Notes: a model not told the origin generated them from the letters alone. 60,585 nucleotides of DNA from Octopus bimaculoides (GCF_001194135.2 NC_068999.1:29809435-29870019), one strand, 5' to 3'; shown: positions 24,177-37,513, counted from the stretch's first letter. Made by a program: numbers and translations.

Positions 24177-24869
24177 TATCATTAATGAAAATAGAGGTGA
24201 GCGAGAATGAGAGACTGTTGCAAATAAAAACGTTGCCTGCAATGAATTAATAGTGTTTTTTATCAAATGTCAAAATCTACTCCACAGTGAAAGCAATGAA
24301 TATTTAAATTTGTGAGAATCTGGAGTTTAAAACAATACAATAATCTTCAGAAATCGAAATTATAGGAAATTTCTTAGAGCATGAATTTATATATTTCCAG
24401 ACGGTCAAGCTTTTAATATTGCTTTCTTCCAGTACTTTTAGTAATTGTTATATACTTAATTAATAAGCAGCTTTCTCCATTATAGTATAGATTATAAAAA
24501 TTATTTAAAAAATAAAACAAATTTGTAAAAGAAAAAATTATAAAAATTAGCACCCAATTTATATTTTTAAAGTCCTGTTTAAAATAGACATGACTCCAAG
24601 AACAAAAACACATTACAAAATGATTAATAACACCATAACTTATGTAATTCTAACATTTTTTTAGTTTTTAATCTAAGCTACCGGTGAGTACTTTCTGAGA
24701 CTCAGATTTTTTTATGTGAATATCTGTCTTTCTGTATGAAACAAATTGTATAGCAACATGAGTAATAACAACTATAATGCATTTTAATATATCTAATCTC
24801 CTCCATTTACATAAATACTTTACAACTGCATTTCTAGCTCTGCCTTGAAGGAAGCTTTATTCTTGGACT

Positions 24870-25016
24870 TACATTTTTGTGTGCAACAATGTTGTCAAAC
24901 CTCCATTAACAGCACTGTATGCAGGTCCTTTCCGTTTTCTTTCACACACAGATAAACTTTTCACTATAGACCTTAATGGTTGTAAAGACACTATATCAGT
25001 GGATAGACAAAAAAAA
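24870..25016 (+). pseudogene. Isolated gypsy integrase C-terminal (GPY/F) fragment
   Basis: Manual translation YIFVCNNVVKPPLTALYAGPFRFLSHTDKLFTIDLNGCKDTISVDRQK fits the HVFVR..PL..PY.GPF.V...K.F.I...G....VS.DRLK pattern. Confidence 0.8.
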
Positions 25017-25285
25017 TCTTCATAGAGAAAACTGCCCCTGTTCCCACTGCAAAACAACACACACACAGCAGTACAAACACGGCCCGCACACCCACCTTCG
25101 CATTCCATGACTACCATTGGAATTGATCAGGTAGGGACAAGGATTCTGGATTTTTTTTTTTTTTTTTTTTTTACTTAATTCTTGAGAGCAGTTGGGTTTA
25201 TTTTTACTATTCTTGTTTGTGAGAGCAGTCAAGTTATTCTCATTTTTAAAATATCTGGTTAATCGTTGAGAGGACATTGGTATTA

Positions 25286-25315
25286 CCTTGGCGGAGGTTT
25301 GCACTCTCTGAGTGC
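25286..25315 (+). mobile_element. 3' terminus of a non-autonomous Helentron/HINE-like element
   Basis: ccttggcggaggt followed by the perfect hairpin gcactc-tct-gagtgc. The matching 5' subterminal repeat was not found. Confidence 0.5.
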
Positions 25316-25555
25316 TCGATATATATTAAATGAGGAAACCATGATGATAATAACAGCTTATCTAATAAAAGCAGCTGTAACTTCTTTCAGCAACCATTCA
25401 TGCTATGGCTCTTTAAATCATTCAATCATAATAGCTGGAACTTTATGAGTGTTTCAGTGAGTATAGTGATGTTTCAATGTGTATAGAGATGATTCTGTGA
25501 GTACTGAGATATTCGTTTCTATGAATATAGAGATGTTTCTACAAATATAGAAATA

Positions 25556-28500
25556 CTAGCAGAGATACCCGGCGTTGCTTAGGATTAAAACGGTATAGTT
25601 TGTATATAATATATTTCAGTTATACTGAAACAGGTGATATGGGAAAGTGCAACATTGACAACAAAACATTGTGGAGTAAATGATAGGCTAATTTGACTAA
25701 GCAACATGTTATGCATCCGCACTGAAAAGCTGTCAGTGGATATACTCTCTTTTGCAGCAGTCGGCGCTGTGTCTAACACGATTCATTATCTGAAATTTTG
25801 ACACCTCCTTCGGGTTTGTTGTCCAACATCACTCATAAAGTAAATTTGGAGGAACCGTGGTTGTTCATTTGTGGGTGACATGGAACCAATGAGCTGACAG
25901 ACTTGCCCTTTTACGTCGGCGTAAATTCATGTTTAACTATCTTCTTAGATGCAGTAAACGATGTCATTTGAAATGCAGAGTTGTATTGTCTGATATTGTT
26001 CAGAAAATCCTTTGACAGGATGGAAGTGCCTTCTAGAAGATCCATAAGAGGTTGAGAAGGAGCTGGTAGTGCTGGCAATGTTACCCGACCACCTGAGCAG
26101 CACATACCATTTGTTTCATTTGAAAATTTTAAACATTTACAGAAACGACAATTTGTGTTCAGCACACCAATTTGGACAGAGTTATCATTTTTTTAAGAAT
26201 GGGATGGATCATATCTGAAAACAGCCTCAGGAATTGTGAAGAACGAATTTGTACATAGTCTGTTTCTGAGAGCTGTTCTATTGGACCTCTGTCAAATCAT
26301 TGAAACATTGTTTTAATGATCCAGCATTAAGTGCTGCAGCATGCATTTGGTGATCTTGGGAAAGTCTCAAGCATGCCTTTGCTGATCTTGGGAAAAATAA
26401 AATCTCATCTTGCTTCTCTCTTCAGACTCACGCCTTCGGTTTTATACAATCCTCCTTGCTTTATACTTGCTTCTGGAGAGATTACATCTTTTCTTTGGTG
26501 GCATATTTTTTTTATATTGTAAACAAAAAATTATGAACATAGAAAGAAATTATACATTAATCCCTATTTTTGTAAGCAGTTGTATGTATGTAGTTTGTTT
26601 TTATTTGCATATGAAGTATAAATTAACCAAATAGAAGCACATGTATGAACTGCTAATTTAACGGTAAATGCCACAATAATTATTATAGATAAATTTCTTA
26701 ATATATATATATATACATNNNNNNNNNNNNNNNNNNNNNNNNNNNNNNNNNNNNNNNNNNNNNNNNNNNNNNNNNNNNNNNNNNNNNNNNNNNNNNNNNN
26801 NNNNNNNNNNNNNNNNNNNNNNNNNNNNNNNNNNNNNNNNNNNNNNNNNNNNNNNNNNNNNNNNNNNNNNNNNNNNNNNNNNNNNNNNNNNNNNNNNNNN
26901 NNNNNNNNNNNNNNNNNNNNNNNNNNNNNNNNNNNNNNNNNNNNNNNNNNNNNNNNNNNNNNNNNNNNNNNNNNNNNNNNNNNNNAATTAAATTGAGCTT
27001 TATAGATAAAATATATATATATATATATATATATATTAAGCACATATATTAATCTCCTATAGAAACTTGTTTTCTGTCTGTTTCTCTTGTCTCTGTCTTT
27101 TTCTCATTTTGTGTTTCTCTCACTGATTCTGTAAAAATTTATTTGGAGAGCAGAAATTGAAAGAAGAGAAAGCAAAAAGGTCAGAGAGAATGAAAGCGAA
27201 GGAGATGAGAAAGTGAAAGATGTATGTACGTGTATATGAAATGGACATGTGTCTGTGCATGTGAGAGAGAGAGAGAGACAGAGCGAAGAGTGAGTGAATG
27301 AAGGTGTGTGTCGTGATGATTGATGTCTTTTAAGGTACACACACACATATATAGATAATGTGTTGTCATTGTATAAAATGTTTACGATAGTTAATTTCTG
27401 GAAAAGATTATAATGTTAAGTTTTGAAAATGCAAATATGTGAATGAAAATTAAGTTTAGTTTGTAGCTGAAATAGTACTGAATCTTTTGATACCCCATAC
27501 GTCAAAATCGGTAACTCGGTTTTGGAATGCATAAGGAATATATATATATATATATANNNNNNNNNNNNNNNNNATACAGGACAGACTTCTTTCAAACTGA
27601 AAGTATTCTCTCACATTACAATTGAGACGTAATACTGAAATAGTGTAAGAGATAAGAGATTGCTCTGGGCTCGCATTAGACAAGAAGTTGAAAATTTTTT
27701 TGGCCCATGACACTGCATGGACCCTAAGTAAGGCATGTGTAAATTGAGTCAATGTAAAAGATTGCTCGGCGCCCGCATTAGGCAAAAAGTAAGAAATTAT
27801 TTTGCAAAAAGTTAAAATGTAAAAATTTGGGGTAGGGACAGGGAATTGAAAATGCAAGATATTTCTTGCATAATTGGAATGTCCATGATCGAAAATATAG
27901 GAATTTGCTGTAAAAGAAAGAAAGAAAGGTGGTGGGGGTTAACATGCAGGTGTACTTGTAAACATTAACTGATTTGGCTGGTATTTCTAGCATGTCCTGC
28001 TACCACTGAACAAGTATTTGTGAATAGATGTTACGTGGTAGCTGTGTGTGCTAGAAATAGCAGTGAAATCTTTCGTTTTTCCTTAGTGAAATGTGTGCAA
28101 TTGCATTTATTGAAATTGAGCCAATTTACAAATGAAAAAGGTTATGTACTGAATTCAGCAGAATGAACGAATGGGTTTTACTTGATCAGTATTGCTTTGA
28201 TAGAGCACTTTTGTGAAAGGCAAGGCGAGAAAAATGGTAAGAGAAAGTGGTTATGAATTGCGTTCCAAATGTTGTCGTTTGCCTCGACATTAATTTTGGG
28301 TGTTGTTTGTCAATGCATGGCTGCTCTGTTGTATTTATAAAAAATCAGACAAGTAGAAGGATGAAGATATCAGTGGTGCTATAGTCATGTGGGGTCATTT
28401 GAACTCTCCATATGCTAGCAAGGTTAGAGGTAAAGTGGATGACAATATATTTCACTTGACAAGGTAGCATCTGATTAATGTCTCTTACCATCTTCCATTG

Positions 28501-28947
28501 TCCCGTCATGAGCAGAAAGGTTTTATTACTCTGTCGTGGGAAGCAAATGAGAATGAAATGTAAGGGGACAGTGTTTTTTGAGATTCCAGCTAAAAGGGTT
28601 CCCAACAGCTATTAATAACAGTGATAGACTGTTGATGACGAATATGTATGTATGCATGTATATATTTGAAATAATAGTTTCACTTTAACTGAAAGTATGT
28701 CACATTACAATAGAGAGATGTTATTGTTTCACTTTTGACACGTAATACTGAAATAGTGCAAGAGACAAGAGATTGCTCTGGGCTTGCATTAGTCAAGAAG
28801 TTGAAATTTTTTTGGGCCCATGACATTGCATGGACTCTAAGTAAGGCATGTGTGAAATTTGAATGAAATCAGTTGGATAGTTCTAGAGTTTTAGGGATTC
28901 ACACAAACAGACGGACACACATTCTCATCTTTATATATATAGAGAGA
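25556..28947 (-). mobile_element. Non-autonomous Helitron, about 3.4 kb, with a Rep N-terminal relic and an internal duplication
   Basis: 5' end A|TCTCTCTATATATATAAAG at 28947. 3' end is a degenerate GC hairpin (cctaagcaacgccggg) then CTAG|T at 25556. ORF 25911-26165 (CRFCKCLKFSNETNGMCCSGG...FLNNIRQYNSAFQMTSF) is the Helitron Rep N-terminal Zn region. 27590-27750 is duplicated at 28690-28850. Both flanks are the same ~20-bp minisatellite. Confidence 0.75.
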
Positions 28948-29882
28948 TGTTTCTATGAATATAGTAATGTTTCAGTGAGTAATAGAGATATTTTGTCATC
29001 AGGTATACATTGTACAACACAAACAGCTACTGTTGTTGTATATGTTATTTTTGACATCAGTTTTAATAGCTTGCATGCCCTTTCAATCAACAGCTTACTC
29101 TACAATGAGGACTGGATGCATTTTATCATATTAACAGCTTTAAAGATGTTGTCTCCAACAAAAAGAGTTCCCTTTCCCTTGCATCATTTCCTTTCATTCT
29201 TTATTTTTTGGAATATGGTCCTTGGTTATCCTTGCTGGTGATCTAAAACAAATAGGTAAAACAGCATTCTAAGGGAGAAATTTGATAATGGAGGCTGGTC
29301 TACCTTGTCAAAATGATTGATGAAAACAGAAAGAGTAATATATAAATGAAGCTGGACCAGTGCTGTTGTGTAGTATGTTTTGAAATAGGACAAAGTGAAC
29401 CCAGTATCTAAGTTGAATTTAAAGATTAGTGCAAAAAATAGAAAGAAAGTCAAAATTAAATTAATGTCTTAGCTTGTCAGCTGTTTTTCAAGTTATGATA
29501 CCCAAACTGCATTTATCAAACAAAAGTGATGATAACAATCCCAAATAAATTACTATGCTCTATTAACATGCCTTCTGACATTTATTTCTACATACCCTTA
29601 TTTCCACGTTATATTGGGACATTGTTACATTGGAACATGCGACAACCAACTTCATTACATTTAAAAATATTAAATTTTGAACTCGTTACAAACATTTAAA
29701 ATTATTAAATAGGTGACAATTCTAAAACCATTATACTGATGAACCATTTCACTACAAAATATTACAGATTTACATGAAAACTTTTAAATCAGAGTTCCTC
29801 TAACTATGCATACAATATATACAGAGCTGAGAAGATTAGTTCTTCCATACATAACAAAATATAGAAAGACAATAACCTAGAG

Positions 29883-30098
29883 CAGCAGCTTTTAAACTTA
29901 TTGTGTCATGGAACCCCCATGATTTTTTCCAAGTGTTGTAGAATCCATATCTAAATTTTATGAACAAGACTTACCATACTGTAATTAATAAGACATCACT
30001 GCTTTGTAAATGGTGCCATAGCAGTATTTAAACAAATAAAAATATAAAATTTCATGACAAAACACTTTTTTTCAAAGAACCCCCTTTGAGAAACACTG
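29883..30098. mobile_element. Old hAT (Charlie-like) MITE
   Basis: Degenerate TIRs (cagcagcttttaaac / tttgagaaacactg). 8-bp flanks acctagag / gcctagac. Internal ggaaccccc motifs as in 54869-55183. Confidence 0.7.
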
Positions 30099-30119
30099 GC
30101 CTAGACTTCTAGTTATATA

Positions 30120-30185
<66 letters not shown>

Positions 30186-30579
30186 CATATCAATCAATAT
30201 TTGTTATTCAAAATTCAACAAAGAAATATGAATAATAGGGGGGGGGAAAGGGTAGTCAGTCATTGGCAGGCATAGTATTAAAGGTTTTCCACTCATTTCC
30301 ATCTTCAGCCGCTAGAAGTATTTTATTGAGCGACATCCTGCATGAATCATATGGTGGTAAGTTGTTCTTGATCATTTCCTCTCATGTTTTCCACCTTGTA
30401 GAGTGTTAAGCAGCAGGCACTGTTGATAGCATTCATTATGTGGGTGTTGCATTGGTGACCAATCCATCTCAGCTGGCGTTTTTTATCCTTGTGTTCATTT
30501 GCTTTTTGTTAGCCATTTGGTACATGTAATGTACTATTTGGGGCATGTAATGTAACCATTTGGTGCATGTAACGTTAGT

Positions 30580-31292
30580 GTGCATGCATGATGGTGTAAG
30601 CATCCTGAGAGAAAAGTTAGGCATAAAAGGCATCAGATGAACTGGTATGGTCATGTGATGCATATGGATGAGGACAGCTGTGTGAAGAAGTGTTGCACCC
30701 TAATGATGGAGGGAACTTGTGGAAGAGGTAAACTCAGGAAGACATGGGATGAGGTAGTGAAGCATGACCTTTGAATGTTGAGCCTCATGGAGGCAATGAC
30801 AAGTGACCGAGACCTATGGTGATATACTGAGCTTGAGAAGACCTGTCAAGCCAAGTGAGACCATAGTCGTGATCAATACCAGTGTTGCATGATTGGCACA
30901 TAAAAAGCACCCTTTAAACGTTGGGTGATATACTGTGCTTGAGAAGATTTATGAAGCCAAGTGAAATCATAGTCGTGGTCGAAGCCAGTCCCATCTGACT
31001 GGCACCTGTGTCAGTGGCATGTAAAAAGCACCATTCAAGTATTGGGCCTCATGGAGGCAGCAACAGGTGACTGAGAACTTTGGCAATATCCGATGCTTGT
31101 CAAACCAAGTGAGATCATAGTCATGCCAGTGTCACATCAATGGCACCCATGCTGGTGGCACATAAAAAGCACCCAGATGTAGAAACCATGCTAAATCAGA
31201 TTGGAAAGTGGTGCAGCTCCCTGGCTTACCAGTTTTCAGTCAAACTGTCCAACCCATGCCAGCAAGGAAAGCGGATGTTAAATGATAATGAT
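30580..31292 (+). mobile_element. RTE LINE 3' end with triplicated 3'UTR module
   Basis: WYGHVMHMDEDSCVKKC...GRGKLRKTWDEVVKHDL, then three imperfect copies of aagccaagtgag...ggcac.taaaaagcacc, then tail atgataatgatgat. Confidence 0.9.
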
Positions 31293-32814
31293 GATAGTTT
31301 GGTACAATGTATCATTGGAAACATAGTTGTTATAGGATATCTGATATATTTTCCTCAGGTTTCTTGTGTGAAAAGTTTTTGCTGATTTGTATTTGTTAGC
31401 CATAGACGACCAGAGGTGTTGAAGCTGTCACATTGCTCCACATGCCGCTCTCCTTCTGTCTATGATGTCACTGTTTGAGTAAAGAAATTTATCAACCCTG
31501 GATAGTTAATTTCCACTTGCCAGGATGCCTGTTTTGTTAATGTTTACATTAATGGTGATGTACTCTGTCTTTCATTTGTTTATTTCTACACACACACACA
31601 AATGATTTTAAAGAATCTTTATTTTAATGCAAGCATAACACAAATCTGGGGATTGTGCAATACATTACGCAATTTTCATGCTTATCAGGTAAAATTTAAA
31701 ACAGAGTGAAATAATGACTTGTTGAATAATCAATTGGTTCTCAGACAAGGGAAGTTACCAAATTCTAAAATGAATAAAGTGGGTGTGCCATGAAACTGAC
31801 AATCAAAAATACTAATGAACAGAAAGGAGAAGAATTATAATTTACAGTTATAGACCTAAAGATAAAAGAAACTCAAAGAGGTTCATTTCCAATCAATAAA
31901 GCAGACTGTTGATGCCAAGAATCACATTAACTCTTTTAGACATATTAGGAGCAGACATTTATAATGGCCTGTAAAAAAACCATTTATATTTTCGTTTTCT
32001 ATACATATACACTATATATACCTATACACACATATAATGTATGTATATATATGCACACTAACATATACACACATTCATACTTGGGATTTTTAATTTTGCA
32101 TGAGTGATTTATGATTTAAAAAGGGGGGGGGGGGGTAGAAAAAACAAATATATAAAGGATACAGACAGGTATGAAATAAATATAAAGATATAAAAAAAAA
32201 GAGAATAAATGCAATACTGAGGAAGAAAGAAGGATAGATACAGAGAATAAGAGAAGAAGAATATTAAATACTAGTTGTCCAAAAGAATAATTAAAACAAC
32301 TAAAAGTAATAAGAGAAAAGCAAAACATGAACAACTCGAATACTGAAGTTTATGTATTTAATATTTACTGTCTGATGATGAGCAACTTAATAGCAGAAAA
32401 AAGTACTTCAAAGAGGTGTTTATTCAGTGATTATAAGGGGATGATACAGTTATTATGAAGGTTTCCCAATACTCAAAGTTAAAATCATAAAATTATAAGA
32501 TGCTATAGTATCTGTTATCATATATGAACTATGGTAGGCCATAGCTTTTAGATTATTCACTGTTACAATAATAGTAATATTAGGTCATACTATGCTATTA
32601 AATGTAAGACAAGAAATCTATTATCAAATATAAATATTTATGGCATATAATTTTAGATATGAATACAATAATTAGAAGTGATCTGGAGAACAATTTTAAA
32701 ATATAAAAATGTGTTCCGTATGGAATGTGGGCCTTTAATTATAAGATCATCTGATTTACTAATAACTTCACCTGAATATCTTAGGGTTTTAAATAATATC
32801 ATACAGCAGAGGTT

Positions 32815-34470
32815 ACAACTGTGTGGGGAAATAAATATTCGTACATGTCAAAATTCTTTATCTATTTAATTTCTAATGAACATAAATGGGATATACCAAT
32901 ACTATATTTGCATACACATGCATAAACTAATAATAAGCAAAAGAAACTAATAAATTATAGTAACTAAGGAATTTATATTCAATTATAAATATTTAGAGGT
33001 GAAAAATGTATTCGTACAGAACATAAATAACCGATAATTCTGATTTAATACTTCGTAGCATAACTATTATTCAGTTCCACTTCAACCAATCACTTCTTGT
33101 AGTTCTTAATCAATGACTCGCCATGTTGGGGCTCTTGAATGAATTTTAATTTTCAAATAACACCACAAATTTTCAATGGGGTTCAAGTCAGGTGACTGGC
33201 TTGGCTGTTCTAATAATTTTATATTGTGATCATCAATCCATTTTTTGGTAGACTTCGCTGTGTGCATAGGGTCATTATCCTGTTGTAAAACCCACCCTTC
33301 ACAAAGCTGGAGCTTTTCTACAGAGTCCCATAAATTATTGTTCAAAATATTTCGGTACATTTCTGCATTCATTCTACCATTTATCACACGTAAATTGCCA
33401 GTGCCATTTGCAGAGAAACACCCCCACACCATGATGTTGCCACCTCCAAACTTTACGGTAGGAATTGTGTTTTTCGGCGAATAGGTGGTACCATCTTTCC
33501 TCCAAACATGGCCACGCGAATTTCATCCAAACAATTAAATTTTCGACTTGTCTGCCCATAGAGCATTTTCCCAGAATGTATCAGATTTATCTTTATGTTC
33601 ATAAACANNNNNNNNNNNNNNNNNNNNNNNNNNNNNNNNNNNNNNNNNNNNNNNNNNNNNNNNNNNNNNNNNNNNNNNNNNNNNNNNNNNNNNNNNGTCC
33701 CTGAAGCTAACAAATCTTCTTGCAACTCCTTTCTGGTGATCATTGTGTTTTTTTTTATTCTTTGCTTAATTTTTCTTAAAGATCTAGGGGAAATCTTGCG
33801 TGGTGCACCAGACCTTATTCTGTTTTCAACAGTTGCCAATTTTCTATATCTTTGAATAAATGAAGATATGGTAGAAAATGGAATACAAAGGGTCTCTGAT
33901 ATGTTCCTGTAACTTTTACCTGCTTTCCACTGTTCAATAATTAAATTTTTCACTGAATTTGTGAGTTCTTTACTTTTCGCCATTATTACGACACTACTTT
34001 ATGTTGTCTCAGTGAAGAAGCTAGCAATTTGACACTTAAAAATGACTACTGATAAGATTATTGGAACAAACAAGAAAGTTCTAGTACAAAAAAAATTATT
34101 TTAACAGTATTTTGTAGAATAGAAAATCGTAAATTTATTCTGTACGAATACTTTTCTCACCCCTAAATATTTATAATCGTATATAAATTCATTAGTTACT
34201 ATAAATGGGATATATCAATACTATATTTGCATAACCATGCATAAACTAAGAATATGCAAAAGAAATATTTAGAGGTGAAAAAAGTATTCGTACAGAACAT
34301 AAATAACCGATAATTCTGATTTAATACTTCGTAGCATAAATATTTCTTTTGCATATTCTTAGTTTATGCATGGTTATGCAAATATAGTATTGGTATATCC
34401 CATTTATGTTCATCAGAAATTAAATAAATAAAAAATTTTGACATGTACGAATATTTATTTTCCCCCACTG
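32815..34470 (-). mobile_element. Tc1 (DD34E) transposon with long TIRs, near full length, defective
   Basis: ORF 33453-33983 is the paired-like HTH (MAKSKEL...RSGAPRKIS). ORF 33106-33432 has MVWGCF...LQQDNDPMH...[11 protein letters not shown]. The right end cagtgggggaaaataaatattcgtaca+TA matches the left end 32820-32945. Confidence 0.93.
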
Positions 34471-34494
34471 TATGTGTGTACACATGATAGATGC

Positions 34495-34657
34495 TGATAT
34501 GGCTGTGTGGTTAAAAAGTTTCCTTCCCTAACTAAATGATTTGGGGTTCAGCAATAGTGCAGCAGCTTCAGCAAATGTCTTCTATTATAACCTTGGGACA
34601 AACCAAAGCCTTGTGAGTAGGTAAGGTAAACAAAAACTGAAAGAAGCTTGTCATATA
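34495..34657 (+). mobile_element. tRNA-headed SINE 5' half; its (TA)n is the insertion site of the next mariner
   Basis: tggctgtgtggttaaaaag...caaagccttgtgagtag...actgaaagaagcttgtcatata. Confidence 0.8.
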
Positions 34658-35503
34658 TGAGGAGGTACACAAAAGAAACTGGAATTTTGCAGTATTATTT
34701 TATTCACTTAATTTTACATGTTTACACTTTTATTGCTTTCAAAGTATTCTCCATTTGAAGCAATGTATCGGTTCAGATGCATCTTCCACTGTTTGAAGCA
34801 GTCCTGGAACCCTAGCGAAGTGGTGCCTTTTAATGCCTCTGTTGTTTTTCTCTTCACCTCTTCCACATCTGCATCCTTTAAGGACTTTTTCCATTTGGGG
34901 GAACAAAAAAATGTCATAGGGAGCAAGATTGGGTGAATAGGGAAGGTGGGTAAGTAGGCTCATGCCATTTTTGGTGAAAAAAACTATCTCACACTTCCAT
35001 AAGTGAGGCACAAACTTTGCTACAACACTTCATTTGCAATTCCACACTCAAAATTCGTTAGTAGGAGCTCCAGAACACACTGGTCATATCAACAAGTTTG
35101 TAAATTGTTTGGCAACAGTCCTCCAAGATCAGTTCTGATTGCCTTGAACAAAGTTGGTATTCAAACAACAAGTAACCATTCCTAAAGCATGTAAACCAGT
35201 CATAAACTTGTGTTTTGCTCATGGCAGTGTCCTTGTAAGCTGTTTGAAGCATGACAACTATTTCAGACGCCATTTTCCCCAGCAGAAAACAGAATTTCAC
35301 AGAAGCACGCTGTTCCTTTGTTTCAGCCATCGCAAAAATCGATGAACAGGGGAGAAGCACTGCAAAACAAAGATGCACCACATGGCAGTAGGACCTTACA
35401 GGATACTACCGGTTAGGAGACAGATGCCTGAGGGTTGCATCAAGTGGCTTCTAGTAGCAGAGGCCTGAACTACAATGGGAACCACAGAGAATGTTTCTCC
35501 TCG
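34658..35503 (-). mobile_element. Non-autonomous mariner deletion derivative, same family as 16530-17405
   Basis: N-terminal HTH MAETKEQRASVKFCFLLGK...VYDWF joined to C-terminal YSPNLAPYDIFLFPQM...CFKQWK...YIASNGEYFE. The central catalytic region is missing. Confidence 0.9.
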
Positions 35504-35974
35504 TATGTATATGTGTGTGCATGTATTTACATTTGTGCTTCTCTGGAAATCACTGAGCTGCAAGCAATGGCTTTGTCATTTACCCTTGTCAATAAATCAC
35601 CCACTGGCTTTTCATCTTTGAAGGCAGAAAAACAAGTAAAGCAAATGAACAATTGAGTTCTCACCCAAACTTTGAAGCAGATTCTTGGGCATCATCCTCA
35701 AGCTGAAATTTTGTAAATCCTCTAATCCCTTCTAGCATAAGCCTTTTTCTGATACACAATTCTTTAAAAATTCAAATAGGTCCTTACTCTTTTGAAATAA
35801 AACTAAAAACCTATAAAGAATAGATAGAAGACATTTTAGGAAATTCAGCATCTACTGATATAGATGCTAAATTTGTCTAAGCATGCAGTTGCTATGGATT
35901 CTTGTTATTGATGACACTCAAATAAAAATCTACATTTAGCAATTCCGCTAAAGTCTTTCCATTAAAGTCTTAAG

Positions 35975-36190
35975 CTGATACTCATCTTCATTTAATGTCC
36001 GGTTTCCATGCTGACATGCGTTGGACAGTTCAAAAGGAGCTGGCTAGACAGAAAACTGCACCAGACTTCAGTGTCTGTTGCAGCATGGTTTTGATGGCAA
36101 GATCCCCTTCTTAGCACCAATCACCCTGCAGAATGGACTGAGTGCTTTTTATGTGGCACCAGCACTGGCAGAGCCACCAAGTAACTTGCA
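35975..36190 (-). mobile_element. RTE 3'UTR/tail fragment
   Basis: Reverse-complement similarity to 11900-12080. Confidence 0.7.
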
Positions 36191-36839
36191 TTACAAAGAT
36201 CCTTTGAGAGGGGAGGGAGCATTGGAGGAGGTGATCTTGTGCCAGATGATGACAGAGAGACAAAAACAGGTGCCTTGCTGTAGAGGAGATACACGGTTAC
36301 CTGTTCAGAGAGAGAGAGAGAGGGGGGAGGAGAGAAAGAGAGGGAGAGAGTGATCAAGAATGAAGACAGAAACTGGTGTGTTGTTGTAGAGGAGATACAT
36401 GGTTAACCAGTCAGAAGGAGAGAGCAAGAGTAGAAGTACCAGGGCATACTCACAATGAACGGGGAAAAGAATATAAATGGGATGGTACTGCACAAGAGAG
36501 ATAGATGGTGGCAAAGTGCCAGGGTATACCCTCAAGGTACAGGGATCAGAATATAAATGGTAGAGTATTGCCAAAGATGCATGAGTAGAGAGTAGAGGCT
36601 TCACATGAATGCAAAGAGTGTGGGTGGGGAATGCAGTGACTGGTGAACCCAGTAACTGGATATAGAAGGGTGGGCAGGGCAGTGAGGACAGGATTGGGGA
36701 GCAAAAGACAAGCATAAGCATAGTGTATGAAAAAGATGAAAAGTGAGGAAGAGAAAATATATAGTTTGGCTTGTTGGGGTAGGGCGTGTGAAAAATGTTA
36801 TTGTTACATGGGGTGAGGGACACAGTGCTTCTACAACTC

Positions 36840-37200
36840 AGTTTTGCTGAAGAGGGCAGGCCTTCTGAAGAACCTCATATCACCAGACATCTTGGTCCAT
36901 TGCCATCTCCTCTATGAGGCCCAACATCCTGAGAGCAGTCCCCACCACTTCATCCTATGTCTTCCTCTTCCACAGGTGCCATCTACTTTCAGTGATTGGT
37001 ACTTCTTTATACAGCTGTCTTCATTCATACACATCACATGACCAAGCCAACATAGTTTTCTCTCTTGCATGCTGCATCTGGTTTCTCTTATGCCCAACTT
37101 TTCTTTCAACACATTTGCAATTTGTAATACATGCATGCTGATGTTGCACATCCAACGGAGCATACTTCCTTCATTCCTCTCTAGTCTACATATGTCTTCT
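36840..37200 (-). mobile_element. RTE ORF2 C-terminal fragment
   Basis: ORF 36912-37163 MLRWMCN...LCWLGHVMCMNED...GRGR. Confidence 0.85.
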
Positions 37201-37513
37201 GCATTCTGTATATGTTAAAACTTGTCATTCCTGAGTTGGCTTTATTATTATTATTCTATTTACACTCAGAAACTTAGCGATGTTCTAGCTGAAGTTTTGG
37301 ATGAAAAGATAGAAGAGCTAGAAATATACGGCAAATGTATAGCTACAGGCCAAATCTGGCTGATGCAAAGTCCCAGCCAGACCTAAGGTGACATGATGGT
37401 GGAAGAGTGAGGTAGACAAAACAATAGAAGTGAAGAGACAAACCTGGAAGGATTGGTAAAAGAGGGCAGTAGAGAAATATACCAGGTAGCTAAGGCAACA
37501 GAAAAATATTGGT

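Noticed and set aside
23430-28947. Helicase relic and Rep relic as parts of one Helitron
   Set aside because: A Helitron 3' terminus (25556), a minisatellite flank and a gypsy fragment lie between them.
31310-31560. Coding-looking, non-repetitive segment with AG/GT sites; candidate exon of a divergent gene
   Set aside because: Stops occur in all frames I translated on both strands, and I recognised no protein motif.
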